Assembly (NCBI GenBank): GCA_963724515.1
Contig: CAVRUU010000003.1
Span: 643,593-707,592 of the forward strand
Direction of reading: 5' to 3'
Length of the DNA stretch: 64,000 nt
DNA from: Candidatus Eiseniibacteriota bacterium
GTDB lineage: Bacteria; Eisenbacteria; RBG-16-71-46; SZUA-252
Program-made: the position numbers and the translations under genes
Shown: positions 9,501 through 19,240 of the stretch, piece by piece
How the letters are laid out: each line of letters begins with the position of its first letter
Position numbering within the stretch: the first letter of the stretch is position 1
Notes under the pieces: generated by a model
The model's input: the letters and a program-made list of their open reading frames with translations, nothing else
What the model was told of the DNA's origin: nothing
Databases searched by the model: none

Positions 9501-10310
9501 CTACGGGCAGAGGTCTCCGACGTAGGTGCCCGCGTCGTCGTCCGTTCCGCCGCCGATCACGTCGGTGAACGTGTAGGTTCCCGAGAGGTGTCCCGTGGTC
9601 GTGTCGACCGTGCCGGGCGCGAAAAGCGTGAAGGCGCCGGCGTCGTAGTCGATATCGATCGTTCGCGGGTTGCCGCTCCCGGTCACGGTGCCCTCGAAGT
9701 AGATGCCGCCCGTCAATGTGGTATCCCCCGCGGTGTGAGCGACGCCGGTCAGGACCGAGTCGGCAACGGAGAAGGAGAACCTGCCCGAATCCGACGAGGC
9801 CGTGGAATGGTAGACGCCGCAGTAGGCTTTCACGGTGGCCGCCGAGCCCTTGAAGCAGAGGAACTCGCCGTGATCGGCCGCGCCGCCGGGTCCGAACCAG
9901 ACCCCGTTGATATTGGGCCTGCCGTGCGTGCCGGCCTCATATTGCCCGCCGAACGTGAACCCGCTCCCGGCCAGCGTGAGGCCGTCCGTGCCCGTGTCGT
10001 AGGTTCCGGTAAGGGCGTAGTCGGTGCTCCCGAGCGAGGCGGTGCCGGTCGCGGTGATGGTGGCGCGGGCGGCGCGATTTCCCCCCCAGCGGCCGGCCAG
10101 GCTGGCGGTGCTGACGTTGACCGTGAGCTTGCCGCTTTGGTCTCCGCTCGTGAATATGCCGATGAAGGAGGATGTGCCCGGAGTACCACCCGGCGGGTTT
10201 GTCGTCTTGTCGTCGCTGCAACCCGCGAGAGCGAGGAAGCCGAGCGCGCCGGCCAGGATGAGCGCGAAGACCGGATGAGAGAAGCGGGCGAGGCTGCGAG
10301 ACGCGAACAT
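9501..10310 (-). CDS. Hypothetical lipoprotein, Gly/Thr-rich
   Basis: Signal peptide with lipobox 'LALAGC' ('MFASRSLARFSHPVFALILAGALGFLALAGCSDD'); low-complexity G/T-rich mature region; no recognisable domain. Confidence 0.5.
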   Translation of the reverse strand: MFASRSLARFSHPVFALILAGALGFLALAGCSDDKTTNPPGGTPGTSSFIGIFTSGDQSGKLTVNVSTASLAGRWGGNRAARATITATGTASLGSTDYALTGTYDTGTDGLTLAGSGFTFGGQYEAGTHGRPNINGVWFGPGGAADHGEFLCFKGSAATVKAYCGVYHSTASSDSGRFSFSVADSVLTGVAHTAGDTTLTGGIYFEGTVTGSGNPRTIDIDYDAGAFTLFAPGTVDTTTGHLSGTYTFTDVIGGGTDDDAGTYVGDLCP

Positions 10311-10399
10311 GGAACCTCCTGTCGAGCTTGGTGGACGAGACGGTCCCTAACTATATCGCGCCGGCTCAGCCGTTTCCAGCGATTGGATTGCGGGAGATG

Positions 10400-11647
10400 C
10401 TACTCGTGTCTGAGGGCATCGATCGGGTGAAGGCTCGCGGCCCGGATCGCGGGCAGCAGGCCGAACGCGACTCCCACGGCGCAGCAGAAGAGAAGCCCGA
10501 TGACCGCCCACTCCGTGGGCACGCTGACGTCGAAGTGTGCGAATACGGCGACGAGGTTGCCCAGTCCGAAGCCGACGATCACCCCGATGACGCCCCCGAT
10601 GTTGCAGAGGATGACGGCCTCGAGCAGGAACTGCCCGAGAATACTCGCACGCTGGGCGCCGAGCGCCTTGCGGATCCCGATCTCCCGGGTCCGCTCGGTC
10701 ACCGCGACCAGCATGATGTTCATGATCCCGATGCCCGCCACGACCAGCGCGATGATGCCGATGACGAACGCGGCGAGCTTCACGCCCATGCTCATCTTGT
10801 TGAACTGGGTGATGAGGCTCTGGCTGTTGAAGAAATCGAAATTGTCCTCTTCTCCGGCCTTGACGCCGCGGTCGCGCCGCAGCACCTGGCGCGTTTCCTC
10901 GATCGCGTCGTCGATCAGCTCGGGCGTCTTCGCGCGCACCGTGATGTTGACCGAGCGTGGAAATCCGTCGCGGCCCATCAGGCCGTACGTGTTCACGAAC
11001 GTCGAGACCGGGATCAGGACGTAGTTGTCGAAGCTCCCTCCGAACGCCGACTTCTTCTCGTCGAATACGCCGATCACCTCGTACTTGCGCCCGTCGACCC
11101 GGATGTCCTTCCCGACGGGATCGGTGAAGGGATAGAGCTTCTTGGCGATCGCGTGGCCGATGACCGCGACCCTTCGCCCGGTCTTCACGTCCATCTCGGA
11201 GAGATTGCGGCCCAGCCCGACGTAGTGGGTGTTGTTGGGCGGGTACTCGGGGGTGCCGCCGCAGATCGAGATGTTCGGGTTCGTGGACTCTCCCTTGTAC
11301 TGCGCCGTGAAACCGAAGTCCCAGATCTCGGACCCCACGAGGTCGACCGTCCCCACGTGCTCCCGGATGGACTTCGCGTTCTCGAGCGTGAGCGGCGGCC
11401 GGCGCATCGCCCTGCGCCGCTCCGCGTCGGAGTGGAATCCGCCCGCCGGCCACTTCTGCACCTGGAACGTCTGGGCGCCGAGCACGCTCATCTCCCGCTC
11501 CAGCGTGCTCTGGATGACCGAGATGGCCGTCATCACGGCGATGATGGAGGCGACGCCGGCCACGATCCCGACGAGCGTCAGCGTGGACCGGAGCTTGTTG
11601 CTGACGATCGCACCCATCGACATGAAGAGCGTATCAAGCGGACGCAA
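10400..11647 (-). CDS. ABC transporter permease, MacB/FtsX family (intact, 415 aa)
   Basis: N-terminal TM helix 'LRSTLTLVGIVAGVASIIAVMTAI', large periplasmic domain, and C-terminal FtsX 3-TM bundle with 'VTERTREIGIRKALGA'. Confidence 0.85.
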   Translation of the reverse strand: MRPLDTLFMSMGAIVSNKLRSTLTLVGIVAGVASIIAVMTAISVIQSTLEREMSVLGAQTFQVQKWPAGGFHSDAERRRAMRRPPLTLENAKSIREHVGTVDLVGSEIWDFGFTAQYKGESTNPNISICGGTPEYPPNNTHYVGLGRNLSEMDVKTGRRVAVIGHAIAKKLYPFTDPVGKDIRVDGRKYEVIGVFDEKKSAFGGSFDNYVLIPVSTFVNTYGLMGRDGFPRSVNITVRAKTPELIDDAIEETRQVLRRDRGVKAGEEDNFDFFNSQSLITQFNKMSMGVKLAAFVIGIIALVVAGIGIMNIMLVAVTERTREIGIRKALGAQRASILGQFLLEAVILCNIGGVIGVIVGFGLGNLVAVFAHFDVSVPTEWAVIGLLFCCAVGVAFGLLPAIRAASLHPIDALRHE

Positions 11648-11667
11648 GACGGAGCCTCCCCGCGGGT

Positions 11668-12880
11668 CTATTCATAGCGAAGCGACTCGATGGGATCGAG
11701 CCTCGCCGCCCGGTACGCCGGGACGATTCCGGCCGTGACGCCGACGGCGATCGAGACGGCGACCGCGACGACGAGAATCGGCACCGAGAGGCTCGCGGGC
11801 ATCACGGTCGCGTTGATCACGCCGGCGAGGAGCGCGGCCAGCACGATTCCGATCGTTCCCCCGAGCAGGCAGATCACGGATGACTCGAAGAGGAACTGGA
11901 GCAGGATGCTCCGCCGCGTGGCGCCGATCGCCTTGCGGATTCCGATCTCGCGGGTCCGCTCCGTGACCGAGACGAACATGATGTTCATCACGCCCACCGC
12001 GCCGACGAAGAGCGAGATGCTCGTCACGATGAGGCCCACCAGGAGCACGATCCCCATCATGTTGTTGAACGTGCCGACCAGCGTGTCGAGCTTGTTGATC
12101 GAGAAGTTGTCGGGCTCGACGGGCCGGAGCCTCCGGATCTTCCGCATCTCGCCGATCACCTCGTACTCGAGATCCCGGAGCGACCCCTGGGCCGGCGCCT
12201 TGACCGCGATGTTGACGTCCCGCCGCCCGTGGCCGCCCCCGAAGGCTCTCACGTACGACGTGATCGGGACGAAGATCTGCCGGTCGAAGTTCGGACCGCC
12301 GAGGAAGCTTCCGCCCTGCTTCTCCATGACGCCGATCACGCGGAAATCGCTCCGGCCGATCTTGATCTTCTTGTTCAGGGGATCCACGGTTCCGAACAGG
12401 CCCTTCTGGACGTCGGACCCGATCACGCAGACGTCCTTCTTGTAGTTCACGTCGTAGGGGAGCAGGAAGCGGCCCGATCTGCGGCTGCGCGCTGGAAACC
12501 AGGATTCCCTTCTCGGTGGTGCCGATGATGTTGACGCCCTCCATCGTCTCGTCCCGGTACTTCACGTCCTGGTTTCCGGCCATGGACGGGTTGACGATCG
12601 CCCTGCCCCGCAGCCTGTCCTCGAGCGCGCGCGCCTCGCGCAGCTCGAGATTGGGGCGGTTGCGGAAGGGGAAGAAGTCGTTCATCGACCACCCAGGGCA
12701 TCCGCGACACGTAGATCACGTCGGTGCCGACGGCGGAGAAGCTCTCGCGGAATTTGTTCTGGAGCCCGTTCGCCGCCGTCATGGTGAGCACGACGGCGAC
12801 GATGCCGATGATGATGCCGAGCGTCGTCAGGGCGCCGCGCGCCTTGTTGGCGCGAATCGCGCGCAGGGCGATCTGGAGTG
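11668..12880 (-). pseudogene. Second MacB/FtsX-family permease, split over three reading frames (at least two +1 frameshifts)
   Basis: Native-looking segments sit in three overlapping minus-strand frames: 12447..12791 ('VLTMTAANGLQNKFRESFSAVGTDVIYVSRMPWVV'), 11672..12685 ('MNDFFPFRNRPNLELREARALEDRL...NIIGTTEKGILVSSAQPQI') and 11668..12450 ('GRFLLPYDVNYKKDVCVIGSDV...VTERTREIGIRKAIGA...LRYE'). Junctions map to about 12690 and 12460. The 5' end (~12880) is approximate. Confidence 0.6.
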
Positions 12881-12917
12881 ATTCTCGAACATCGAGCGCG
12901 GATTCATCGCGGTCCCG

Positions 12918-14216
12918 TCAACCCTGAGAACGGCTCTCCTTGGCCCGGTCGGTCGGCTTCTTCGTGTTGTCGATCGTCACGACCGCGCCGTTCTCGAGGT
13001 CCTTCGAGATCGCGCGGTAGCTGCCGGTGACGATCTCGTCGCCCTCCTTGAGGCCGTCGAGGATCTCGATCAGGTCGTCGCTCTGGATGCCGGTCTTGAC
13101 CTGCGGCGCGACCGCCTTGCCGTTCTCGATGCAGAACACGATCTCGACGAAGCCGTCCTTGTCGGCCTTGTACGCGCTTCCGGAGCCGCCTCCGCGTCCT
13201 TCCGCTTCTCCCCCTTCGGCGTGAGCTGGTCCACGGTCCGGACCGCGACGCTCTGGAGCGGCACGCTCAGCGCGTGGTCGTTCGTCTTGGTGATGATGTC
13301 CGCGCTCGCCGTCATGCCGGGACGCAGGGTCTTCGGCGGATCCGGGATCGTGATCTTGATCTCGAACTCGGTCTTCTGCTCCGTGGTGCCGGCGCCGGCG
13401 GACGTTGGCGCTGCTCGCGATCTCCGAGACGACGCCCTTCAGCGTCTGGTTCGGGAGGGCGTCCACCTGGATCTCGGCCGCCTGGCCGATCGTGATCGAG
13501 ATGACGTCGTTCTCGTCCACGTTGACCTGCGCTTCCATCGCCGAGAGGTCGGCGATCACCAGGATCACGTCCTTCTGGAACTGGGAGCCCAGCGCGATCT
13601 CTCCCTGCTCCTTGTTCAGCGCGCTGATCGTCCCGGACATGGGGGCGTAGATCGTGGTCTTGGACAGGTCGTCGCGCGCCTGCTTCAGCGCGGCCTTCGC
13701 CTGCTGCACCTGGTCCATCGCGGACTTGTGGCGCGCCACCTCGACCTGGTACTCGGCCTGCTTCGCCTCGAAGGCGGCCTGGGACTCGAGCCCGCCGGCC
13801 AGGAGCTCCTTGGAGCGCTCGAACTCGTTCTCGGCCCGGTTCATGTTCTCGTGCACCAGCGCCGCGTTCGCCTCCGCGGAGCTGACGTTCGCCACGGCGC
13901 TCTCGACGGCGGCGATGTAGCGCTCACGGTCGAGCCCGACGAGGAAGGCCCCCTTCTCGACCGATTGCCCCTCGACGACCGCGAGCTTCTTGATCTTCGC
14001 GCTCACGTCGGCGCTGATCTCGACCTGGGTCTTGGGCTGGATCTTCCCGGTCGCGCTGACCTTCTGCACGATCTTCTGGCGGCCGACCTTCGCCGTCTGG
14101 ACTTCGGGTGATTTGCCGCCGCGGCCGCGCATGGCCATTCCGCTGACGGCGAGGACTACCAGGAGGATCACGGCGCCGATCAAGAGAGGCTTTCTCTTGA
14201 GGAGTTTCAGTTTCAT
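12918..14216 (-). CDS. Efflux periplasmic adaptor (membrane fusion protein, MacA/HlyD family) with an internal scrambled ~80-aa segment caused by two compensating frameshifts
   Basis: N-terminal TM anchor, coiled-coil region and 'TIYAPMSGTISAL' lipoyl/beta-barrel motifs. Main-frame residues ~262-340 ('RRRRHHGAEDRVRDQDHD...') are low-complexity junk, while the alternate frame (ORF 13070..13315 and upstream) reads native MFP sequence '...SANV|AGAGTTEQKTEFEIKITIPDPPKTLRPGMTASADIITKTNDHALSVPLQSVAVRTV'. The main frame resumes with 'GGGSGSAYKADKDGFVEIVF'. Confidence 0.65.
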   Translation of the reverse strand: MKLKLLKRKPLLIGAVILLVVLAVSGMAMRGRGGKSPEVQTAKVGRQKIVQKVSATGKIQPKTQVEISADVSAKIKKLAVVEGQSVEKGAFLVGLDRERYIAAVESAVANVSSAEANAALVHENMNRAENEFERSKELLAGGLESQAAFEAKQAEYQVEVARHKSAMDQVQQAKAALKQARDDLSKTTIYAPMSGTISALNKEQGEIALGSQFQKDVILVIADLSAMEAQVNVDENDVISITIGQAAEIQVDALPNQTLKGVVSEIASSANVRRRRHHGAEDRVRDQDHDPGSAEDPASRHDGERGHHHQDERPRAERAAPERRGPDRGPAHAEGGEAEGRGGGSGSAYKADKDGFVEIVFCIENGKAVAPQVKTGIQSDDLIEILDGLKEGDEIVTGSYRAISKDLENGAVVTIDNTKKPTDRAKESRSQG

Positions 14217-14288
14217 GGTGGGGATACCTCCGGTCGCTAACCGACTCTTACCCGATGACTTGCTTGGGATCGCCTTAAGAATACGGCC

Positions 14289-14313
14289 AAAACGGCGAAT
14301 TGGTTACGCCGTC
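14289..14313 (-). terminator. Rho-independent terminator downstream of the 904-aa secreted-protein gene
   Basis: Minus strand reads 'ACGGCG-taaccaatt-CGCCGT' (6-bp stem, 9-nt loop) followed by TTTT, about 110 nt after the stop at 14420. Confidence 0.4.
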
Positions 14314-14419
14314 TTTGGGACCCGTCGCCCCGGGACCCCGCTTTGGCGCGCGGGCACTCGACGCTCCCCCGCTTCGGCCGCGTAACTAGCAGTTAATCAA
14401 TGTGTTACTGGGTACACCC

Positions 14420-17134
14420 CTACCGCACGACGACGAACCTCCCGATCTCCTTGCCCAGCTCGGTGTCGACGGAGAAGAGATAGATCCCGCTCACGATCTT
14501 CTGGCCGTTGCGGGAGATCAGATTCCAGGGCACCGATCCCTCGCCGGCGGTCACGGCGTTCCTGCCGTATTGGAGATCCGACGGCGGCTTCCCGTTGAAG
14601 GGAATGTCCTTCACCAGGTCGCCCGCCAGGGTGTAGACGTGGATCGTCCCCCTCGTGCGCGGCAGGTTCATGAAGACGACCTTCGTGCCCGAAGGATCCT
14701 CCGTGGTGGGGACCAGGTCCCACTCCGCTCCTCCCTTGTAGGGGTTCGGCACGACGAAGACATGGTTCTGGTCGTTTCGCGAATCCCCGCGCGGATAGAC
14801 TACCTGCGCGTTCGAAGCGCTCGGATTCCCCTGCAAGATCGCGTCCGCGCCCGCCGAGTCGCCCGGTACGACGGAAACCGGCACGATCGAATAGAAGTAC
14901 GGGAAGCCGTTCAACACGTGGCTGTCCACGTAGCTGTACCGCCCGACCGCGAACAGCGTGTCGATCTCCGTGTAGCTCGAATCGTCGCGAACGGACCGCG
15001 TGTTCGGATCCCACCGGACCAGGGTCGGATTGATGTTCACGAACGGGATCGAAGGATCGATGAGCTCCGATAGGGGCCGCGCCGGAGTGTCCTTGGGGTC
15101 TGTCCGCCACTCGCCGAGGAGCGACCAGAGGCTGCGCGAGGGGGCGTTGGTCCCGAGGGGCCGCGTCCACCCCGCCGCGCGGAAGATTCGATAGCCGAGA
15201 AACTCCTTGAGGTTCCCTCTCTGAGCGTCCCGCACGTGCTCGGCGAAGTTGTTCCACTTGAGCGTGACCCTCCGATCCCCGGGGAAAAACCACGCGGACA
15301 GGCGCGTCGAGTCGAGGTGGCTCCCGTAGTTTCGCAGGAAGTCCGCGACCTCCCCTCGGCCGTTCTCGCCGGCGTAGAACGGCGACGGGAGCGGCGCCGC
15401 GGCCACCCAGTTCACGAGGTGCTCCCGCCCGCCCTGACCGGTGTTCACGTCGCAGTCGAAATCCACGTAGGTGCAGGAGGGCGAGACGATCTGGATATTC
15501 ATCGTGTCGTCGCTCGCGCAGTGGGCGCCGTCCGGGATCGTTCCGCCGAGGATGTCCTGGCACACGTACTTCCCGCTCTGCTGGAGCTCGCACGGCGTGT
15601 TCGGATCCCACGGCGGCACGCCGAAGAACCCAGGCACCGTGTTCACATCCGAGTGGAACCGGAGGCGGCACAGCGATGACTCGGGGATCTGGTACGTGAA
15701 GCCGCGACCGCCGACCTGCGTGTTGAGGAGGCAGGTCTCCTTTCCACAAGTACCGGTGAGCGCGCTGCCGTCCAGGTCCGAATAGAGACCGTCGAAGACC
15801 TGCTGGGCCCGGATCGCATTGTCGATCAGAGTCCCGCCGCCGGGGCTCGGACCGCGACCCAGGCCCATGACCCACGCGACCGAAACCGTGAGCGAGGAGT
15901 CCGGAAGGATGGTCCGGAAGGGCCCCGTCGCCATCATGATTCGGTAATCGAGTGCCCTCGCCGATATGATCTGCCCCACCAGGTCGGGATTGAGAGACGG
16001 GTCGGACATGAGCAGGTAGCGCTGGGCGTCGTTCTGCGGATCGCCCCCCGCCGCGAACGGGGCATCCCCCGAGAAGAACTTGAACGAAGTGATGCCGACT
16101 CTTCGTGGCGCCGACGCCCCGCTCGGGTCGGTCGTGTGGTTCAGGAAGATGCATCCGAAGTACCCGGGCGCGTCTCCCCCCTTGTGATCCTGGACACGGG
16201 CCGGATCGTCCGGGTTGTCCCACATGTACCCCATCTGAATTCGCCGCGATACGAAACTCCCGGTGGATCCCACGAAGGTCACGACCGAATCGATGAGCCC
16301 CGCCTGATCGTCGGAGTAGTAACAATCGCGGCAGACGGCTCGGCTTCCGATGTCCATGTCGGCGAAGATGCCGACATAGATGTTCCGCCACGCCCGGCCG
16401 CTCTGGTTGATGATCTTGTAGTCCATGCCCACGAAATCATTCTGTCCCGGGGTCGCCCACGCGTAGGAGGTCTGTTGAACTCTGAGACCGAGTGGAATGT
16501 GCTCGGGGCTCGTGGCTCTGACGTTCTCGGTGTCGTCGAAGTACTCGCAAGCGAGCATCTGCTGGCCGATTGCGGAATAGTCCTCATCGCATCGCCCGTC
16601 GCCGTCATCGTCCTCGCCGTTGAGGAAGTCCTCATCGACCAGCCCGTCCCCATCGTCGTCGGGGTTCACGCTGCCCGAGATCACCCGATTCGCGCCGGGC
16701 GCTCCCTCGTACGACTCTCGGACGTCCGCGACCCGGTCCGGTGGAAGCGGGACGCAGGCAGCCCGAGGAGTGAGCGTAGGCGACATCTCGTAGTCGAATC
16801 GGGTCCTCCCGATGGAGGTGGTGACATGCGGGATCCCGCTCGCGTCGAGCGCTCCCACCCAGAGGCCGGCGGCATACAGATAGTCGTTCCCCGACCCCGG
16901 AGGCCACTCGGCCGCGGGGACGGTCGAGAAGACTCCGTAGAATGGATTTCCCGTGACGCCGTAGTTCCCGATCTGAAGCTGCAGCTGGCCGACGTTGTGG
17001 ACGAATTTCCCGTCGGTCCGGACCAGACGTCGTTGATCCGGCCGGCCGGGCGCTGCCGCCGGATCGAGGGGCTGAAATGCGCAAACAGAAGACCAGAGGC
17101 TGAGGATGCCCAGAAGCCAGAGCGCGGATCTCAT
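14420..17134 (-). CDS. Large secreted protein (904 aa) with thrombospondin-type-3-like Ca-binding Asp repeats and a C-terminal beta-sandwich sorting-type domain
   Basis: Signal peptide 'MRSALWLLGILSLWSSVCA'. Repeats 'NPDDDGDGLVDEDFLNGEDDDGDGRCDEDY'. C-terminus 'NHVFVVPNPYKGG...GTIHVYTLAGDLV...SGIYLFSVD...GRFVVVR' resembles gliding/T9SS-type C-terminal domains. Confidence 0.65.
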   Translation of the reverse strand: MRSALWLLGILSLWSSVCAFQPLDPAAAPGRPDQRRLVRTDGKFVHNVGQLQLQIGNYGVTGNPFYGVFSTVPAAEWPPGSGNDYLYAAGLWVGALDASGIPHVTTSIGRTRFDYEMSPTLTPRAACVPLPPDRVADVRESYEGAPGANRVISGSVNPDDDGDGLVDEDFLNGEDDDGDGRCDEDYSAIGQQMLACEYFDDTENVRATSPEHIPLGLRVQQTSYAWATPGQNDFVGMDYKIINQSGRAWRNIYVGIFADMDIGSRAVCRDCYYSDDQAGLIDSVVTFVGSTGSFVSRRIQMGYMWDNPDDPARVQDHKGGDAPGYFGCIFLNHTTDPSGASAPRRVGITSFKFFSGDAPFAAGGDPQNDAQRYLLMSDPSLNPDLVGQIISARALDYRIMMATGPFRTILPDSSLTVSVAWVMGLGRGPSPGGGTLIDNAIRAQQVFDGLYSDLDGSALTGTCGKETCLLNTQVGGRGFTYQIPESSLCRLRFHSDVNTVPGFFGVPPWDPNTPCELQQSGKYVCQDILGGTIPDGAHCASDDTMNIQIVSPSCTYVDFDCDVNTGQGGREHLVNWVAAAPLPSPFYAGENGRGEVADFLRNYGSHLDSTRLSAWFFPGDRRVTLKWNNFAEHVRDAQRGNLKEFLGYRIFRAAGWTRPLGTNAPSRSLWSLLGEWRTDPKDTPARPLSELIDPSIPFVNINPTLVRWDPNTRSVRDDSSYTEIDTLFAVGRYSYVDSHVLNGFPYFYSIVPVSVVPGDSAGADAILQGNPSASNAQVVYPRGDSRNDQNHVFVVPNPYKGGAEWDLVPTTEDPSGTKVVFMNLPRTRGTIHVYTLAGDLVKDIPFNGKPPSDLQYGRNAVTAGEGSVPWNLISRNGQKIVSGIYLFSVDTELGKEIGRFVVVR

Positions 17135-17395
17135 CCGACCATTCCCCCGAGGACTTCCGGCTCTACGTGGATCGGATACTGAGACGGGGGGAGCATAGAA
17201 TCGGCCGAGGGGGGATTGATCGCGGGGGGGGAAAGCTCCGAACCGCGAATCTGCCCGGTGAGCGAGCGTCTGTCAAGGGGATTTCAGCCTGTGCGGGGCT
17301 CTACAAATAAAGCTTTACTTCTCCGCCGTTGGTGTCGATACTCCTTGCAAGCAGTAGCCTGTCGGTTGTACGTAGCGCAGAGATGCGATGCATTG

Positions 17396-17425
17396 CCGCA
17401 GGAGAAACCCCCTGCGGCGTTTTTT
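17396..17425 (+). terminator. Intrinsic-terminator-like hairpin plus U6 tract inside the csp upstream leader
   Basis: 'CCGCAGG-agaaaccc-CCTGCGG' followed by 'cgTTTTTTg', ~110 nt upstream of the csp start codon; further GC hairpins follow (17430-17510). Confidence 0.4.
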
Positions 17426-17534
17426 GTATCCGGGAGTCAGGTTTTCCCGGGGGCCCGACCAACGAGGCCGGGCTGGCCGAGCCGAGAGGCTCGGTGAGTG
17501 GGGGCACAAAGCCCCAGTTCGCAAGGAGCAAAGA

Positions 17535-17735
17535 GTGGCTGTTGGAACCGTGAAGTGGTTTAACGAGGCGAAGGGTTTCGGATTCATCCAGCAAGAGGGT
17601 GGCGAGGACGTATTCGTGCATTACTCTTCCATCTCCGGCGAGGGCTTCAAGACCTTGGCCGAGGGCGAGCGTCTGGAGTTCGAGGTCGTCAAGGGGCCGA
17701 AGGGTCTCCAGGCAGCAAACGTCCGCAAGGCATAG
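17535..17735 (+). CDS. Cold-shock protein, CspA family (67 aa)
   Basis: '[63 protein letters not shown]' carries the RNP1/RNP2 cold-shock-domain motifs. GTG start with SD 'AGGAG' 8 nt upstream. The ORF track lists a longer spurious N-terminal extension from 17388. Confidence 0.85.
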   Translation: MAVGTVKWFNEAKGFGFIQQEGGEDVFVHYSSISGEGFKTLAEGERLEFEVVKGPKGLQAANVRKA

Positions 17736-17800
17736 GTTAGGCCAGCGGTAGAAACGTTCGAGGCGGCACCGAAGGGTGTCGCCTCGCTTCGTTTCGCCCC

Positions 17801-19240
17801 TCAGTACCTCGGCACGGACGGATCCACCGTCTCCGCCCAGGCGTTGATGCCGCCGGTCAGGTTCTGCACCTTGCGGAAGCCGGCCTCGCGCAGGAGCTGG
17901 ACGGCCTTGCGGCTGCGCGGGCCGGATCGGCAATAGGCGACGATCTCATCCGCGGTGTTCAACTCCCCCAGCGAATAAGGCAGCGTCCCGAGCGGGATCA
18001 GCTTCGCGCCCTGAAGCCGCGAGATATCCCATTCCTGCCTCTCGCGAACGTCGAGCAGGAAGATGTCCTCCCCGCCATCGATTCGATTCTTCAAATCGCG
18101 CGGCGCCAGCTCCGAATCGCACGCGACCCCCGCGGATTCCGCCTCCAGTCCACAAAAGAGCGCGTAGTCGATGAGCTTCCGGATGCTGGGATTGGCGCCG
18201 CAGAGGGGGCAATTGGGGTCCTTCCTCAGCTTGAGGGTGCGGAAGCTCATCGCCAATGCGTCGAACAGAAGGAGCCTCCCGGCAAGCGAGACCCCCTTGT
18301 CCAGGATGAGCTTGATCACCTCGGTTGCCTGGATGAGACCCACGATTCCCGGCAGCACGCCGAGGACTCCCCCTTCGGCGCATGAAGGCACGAGTCCGGC
18401 GGGCGGAGGCTCGGGGTAGAGGCATCGATAGCAGGGGCCGTCCTTCGTCGCGAAGACCGACGCCTGCCCTTCGAACCGGAAAATGCTCCCGTACACGTTC
18501 GGCTTGCCCGTCAGGACGCACGCGTCGTTCACGAGGTAGCGCGTCGGGAAATTGTCGGTGCCGTCGGCGACGATGTCGTATTCGCGGAACAGCTCGAGGG
18601 CGTTCTCCGAGGTGAGCCGCGTCTCGTGCGTCTCGACCTGGATGAGCGGATTCACCCCTCGGAGCCGGTCGCGCGCGGAATCGAGCTTCGACCGGCCCAC
18701 GGCCGACGTGTCGTGGATGATCTGCCTTTGCAGATTGGACTCATCGACGACGTCGAAATCGACGATTCCGATTCTCCCGACGCCCGCGGCGGCGAGATAG
18801 AGCGCGAGGGGCGAGCCGAGCCCGCCGGCCCCGATCAGGAGCACGCTCGCGTTCTTGAGCTTCACCTGACCCTCGAGGCCCACCTCGGGCATGATGAGGT
18901 GCCTGCTGTAGCGGCGGATCTCCTCCTGGGAGAGAGGGAGCGGGGACGCGTCCCCATTCCCTCCGACGCCTCCCGCGACCGACGGGACGATGCTGACGAC
19001 GTCCTTCTCGGCGAGGAGGGTTTCGCCTTTGTTCAAGTACCTGACGTCCTCGTCGTTGACGTAGACGTTCACGAACGAGCGAAGCCGCCCGTCCTCGGAG
19101 TAGAGGTGCTTCTTGAGCTGGCCGTGACGCTCGACGAGGCGGCTCAGGGCGTCGCCGACCGTGCCTGCCTCGACGGTCACTTCATTGGCCCCGCCTACGT
19201 AGCTCCGGAGCGGGGTCGGGATCAGGATCTTCACGTGCAT
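17801..19240 (-). CDS. moeZ: Tri-domain fusion: N-terminal ThiS/MoaD/CysO-like sulfur-carrier domain (ends in GG), MoeZ/MoeB-type E1 adenylyltransferase, C-terminal rhodanese
   Basis: Residues 1-90 'MHVKILIPTP...VVSIVPSVAGG' form a beta-grasp sulfur-carrier fold ending in Gly-Gly. E1 domain has 'LLIGAGGLGSPLALYLAAAGVG' and the Zn motif 'CYRC...C..C'. Rhodanese active-site loop is 'YCRSGPRS'. Confidence 0.8.
   Translation of the reverse strand: MHVKILIPTPLRSYVGGANEVTVEAGTVGDALSRLVERHGQLKKHLYSEDGRLRSFVNVYVNDEDVRYLNKGETLLAEKDVVSIVPSVAGGVGGNGDASPLPLSQEEIRRYSRHLIMPEVGLEGQVKLKNASVLLIGAGGLGSPLALYLAAAGVGRIGIVDFDVVDESNLQRQIIHDTSAVGRSKLDSARDRLRGVNPLIQVETHETRLTSENALELFREYDIVADGTDNFPTRYLVNDACVLTGKPNVYGSIFRFEGQASVFATKDGPCYRCLYPEPPPAGLVPSCAEGGVLGVLPGIVGLIQATEVIKLILDKGVSLAGRLLLFDALAMSFRTLKLRKDPNCPLCGANPSIRKLIDYALFCGLEAESAGVACDSELAPRDLKNRIDGGEDIFLLDVRERQEWDISRLQGAKLIPLGTLPYSLGELNTADEIVAYCRSGPRSRKAVQLLREAGFRKVQNLTGGINAWAETVDPSVPRY

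Noticed and set aside
10328-11677. ORFs 10328..11677 (+), 10347..11453 (-), 10500..11024 (+)
   Set aside because: Shadow and alternate-frame ORFs over the intact FtsX permease gene; translations are low-complexity.
13221-14111. Plus-strand ORF 13221..14111 (296 aa)
   Set aside because: Antisense to the MFP gene; Leu/Arg/Gly-rich junk.
14397-16391. Minus-strand ORF 14397..16391 (664 aa)
   Set aside because: Alternate frame inside the 904-aa secreted-protein gene; Arg/Gly/Pro-rich with no motifs, whereas the 14420..17134 frame has a signal peptide, Ca-binding repeats and the sorting domain.
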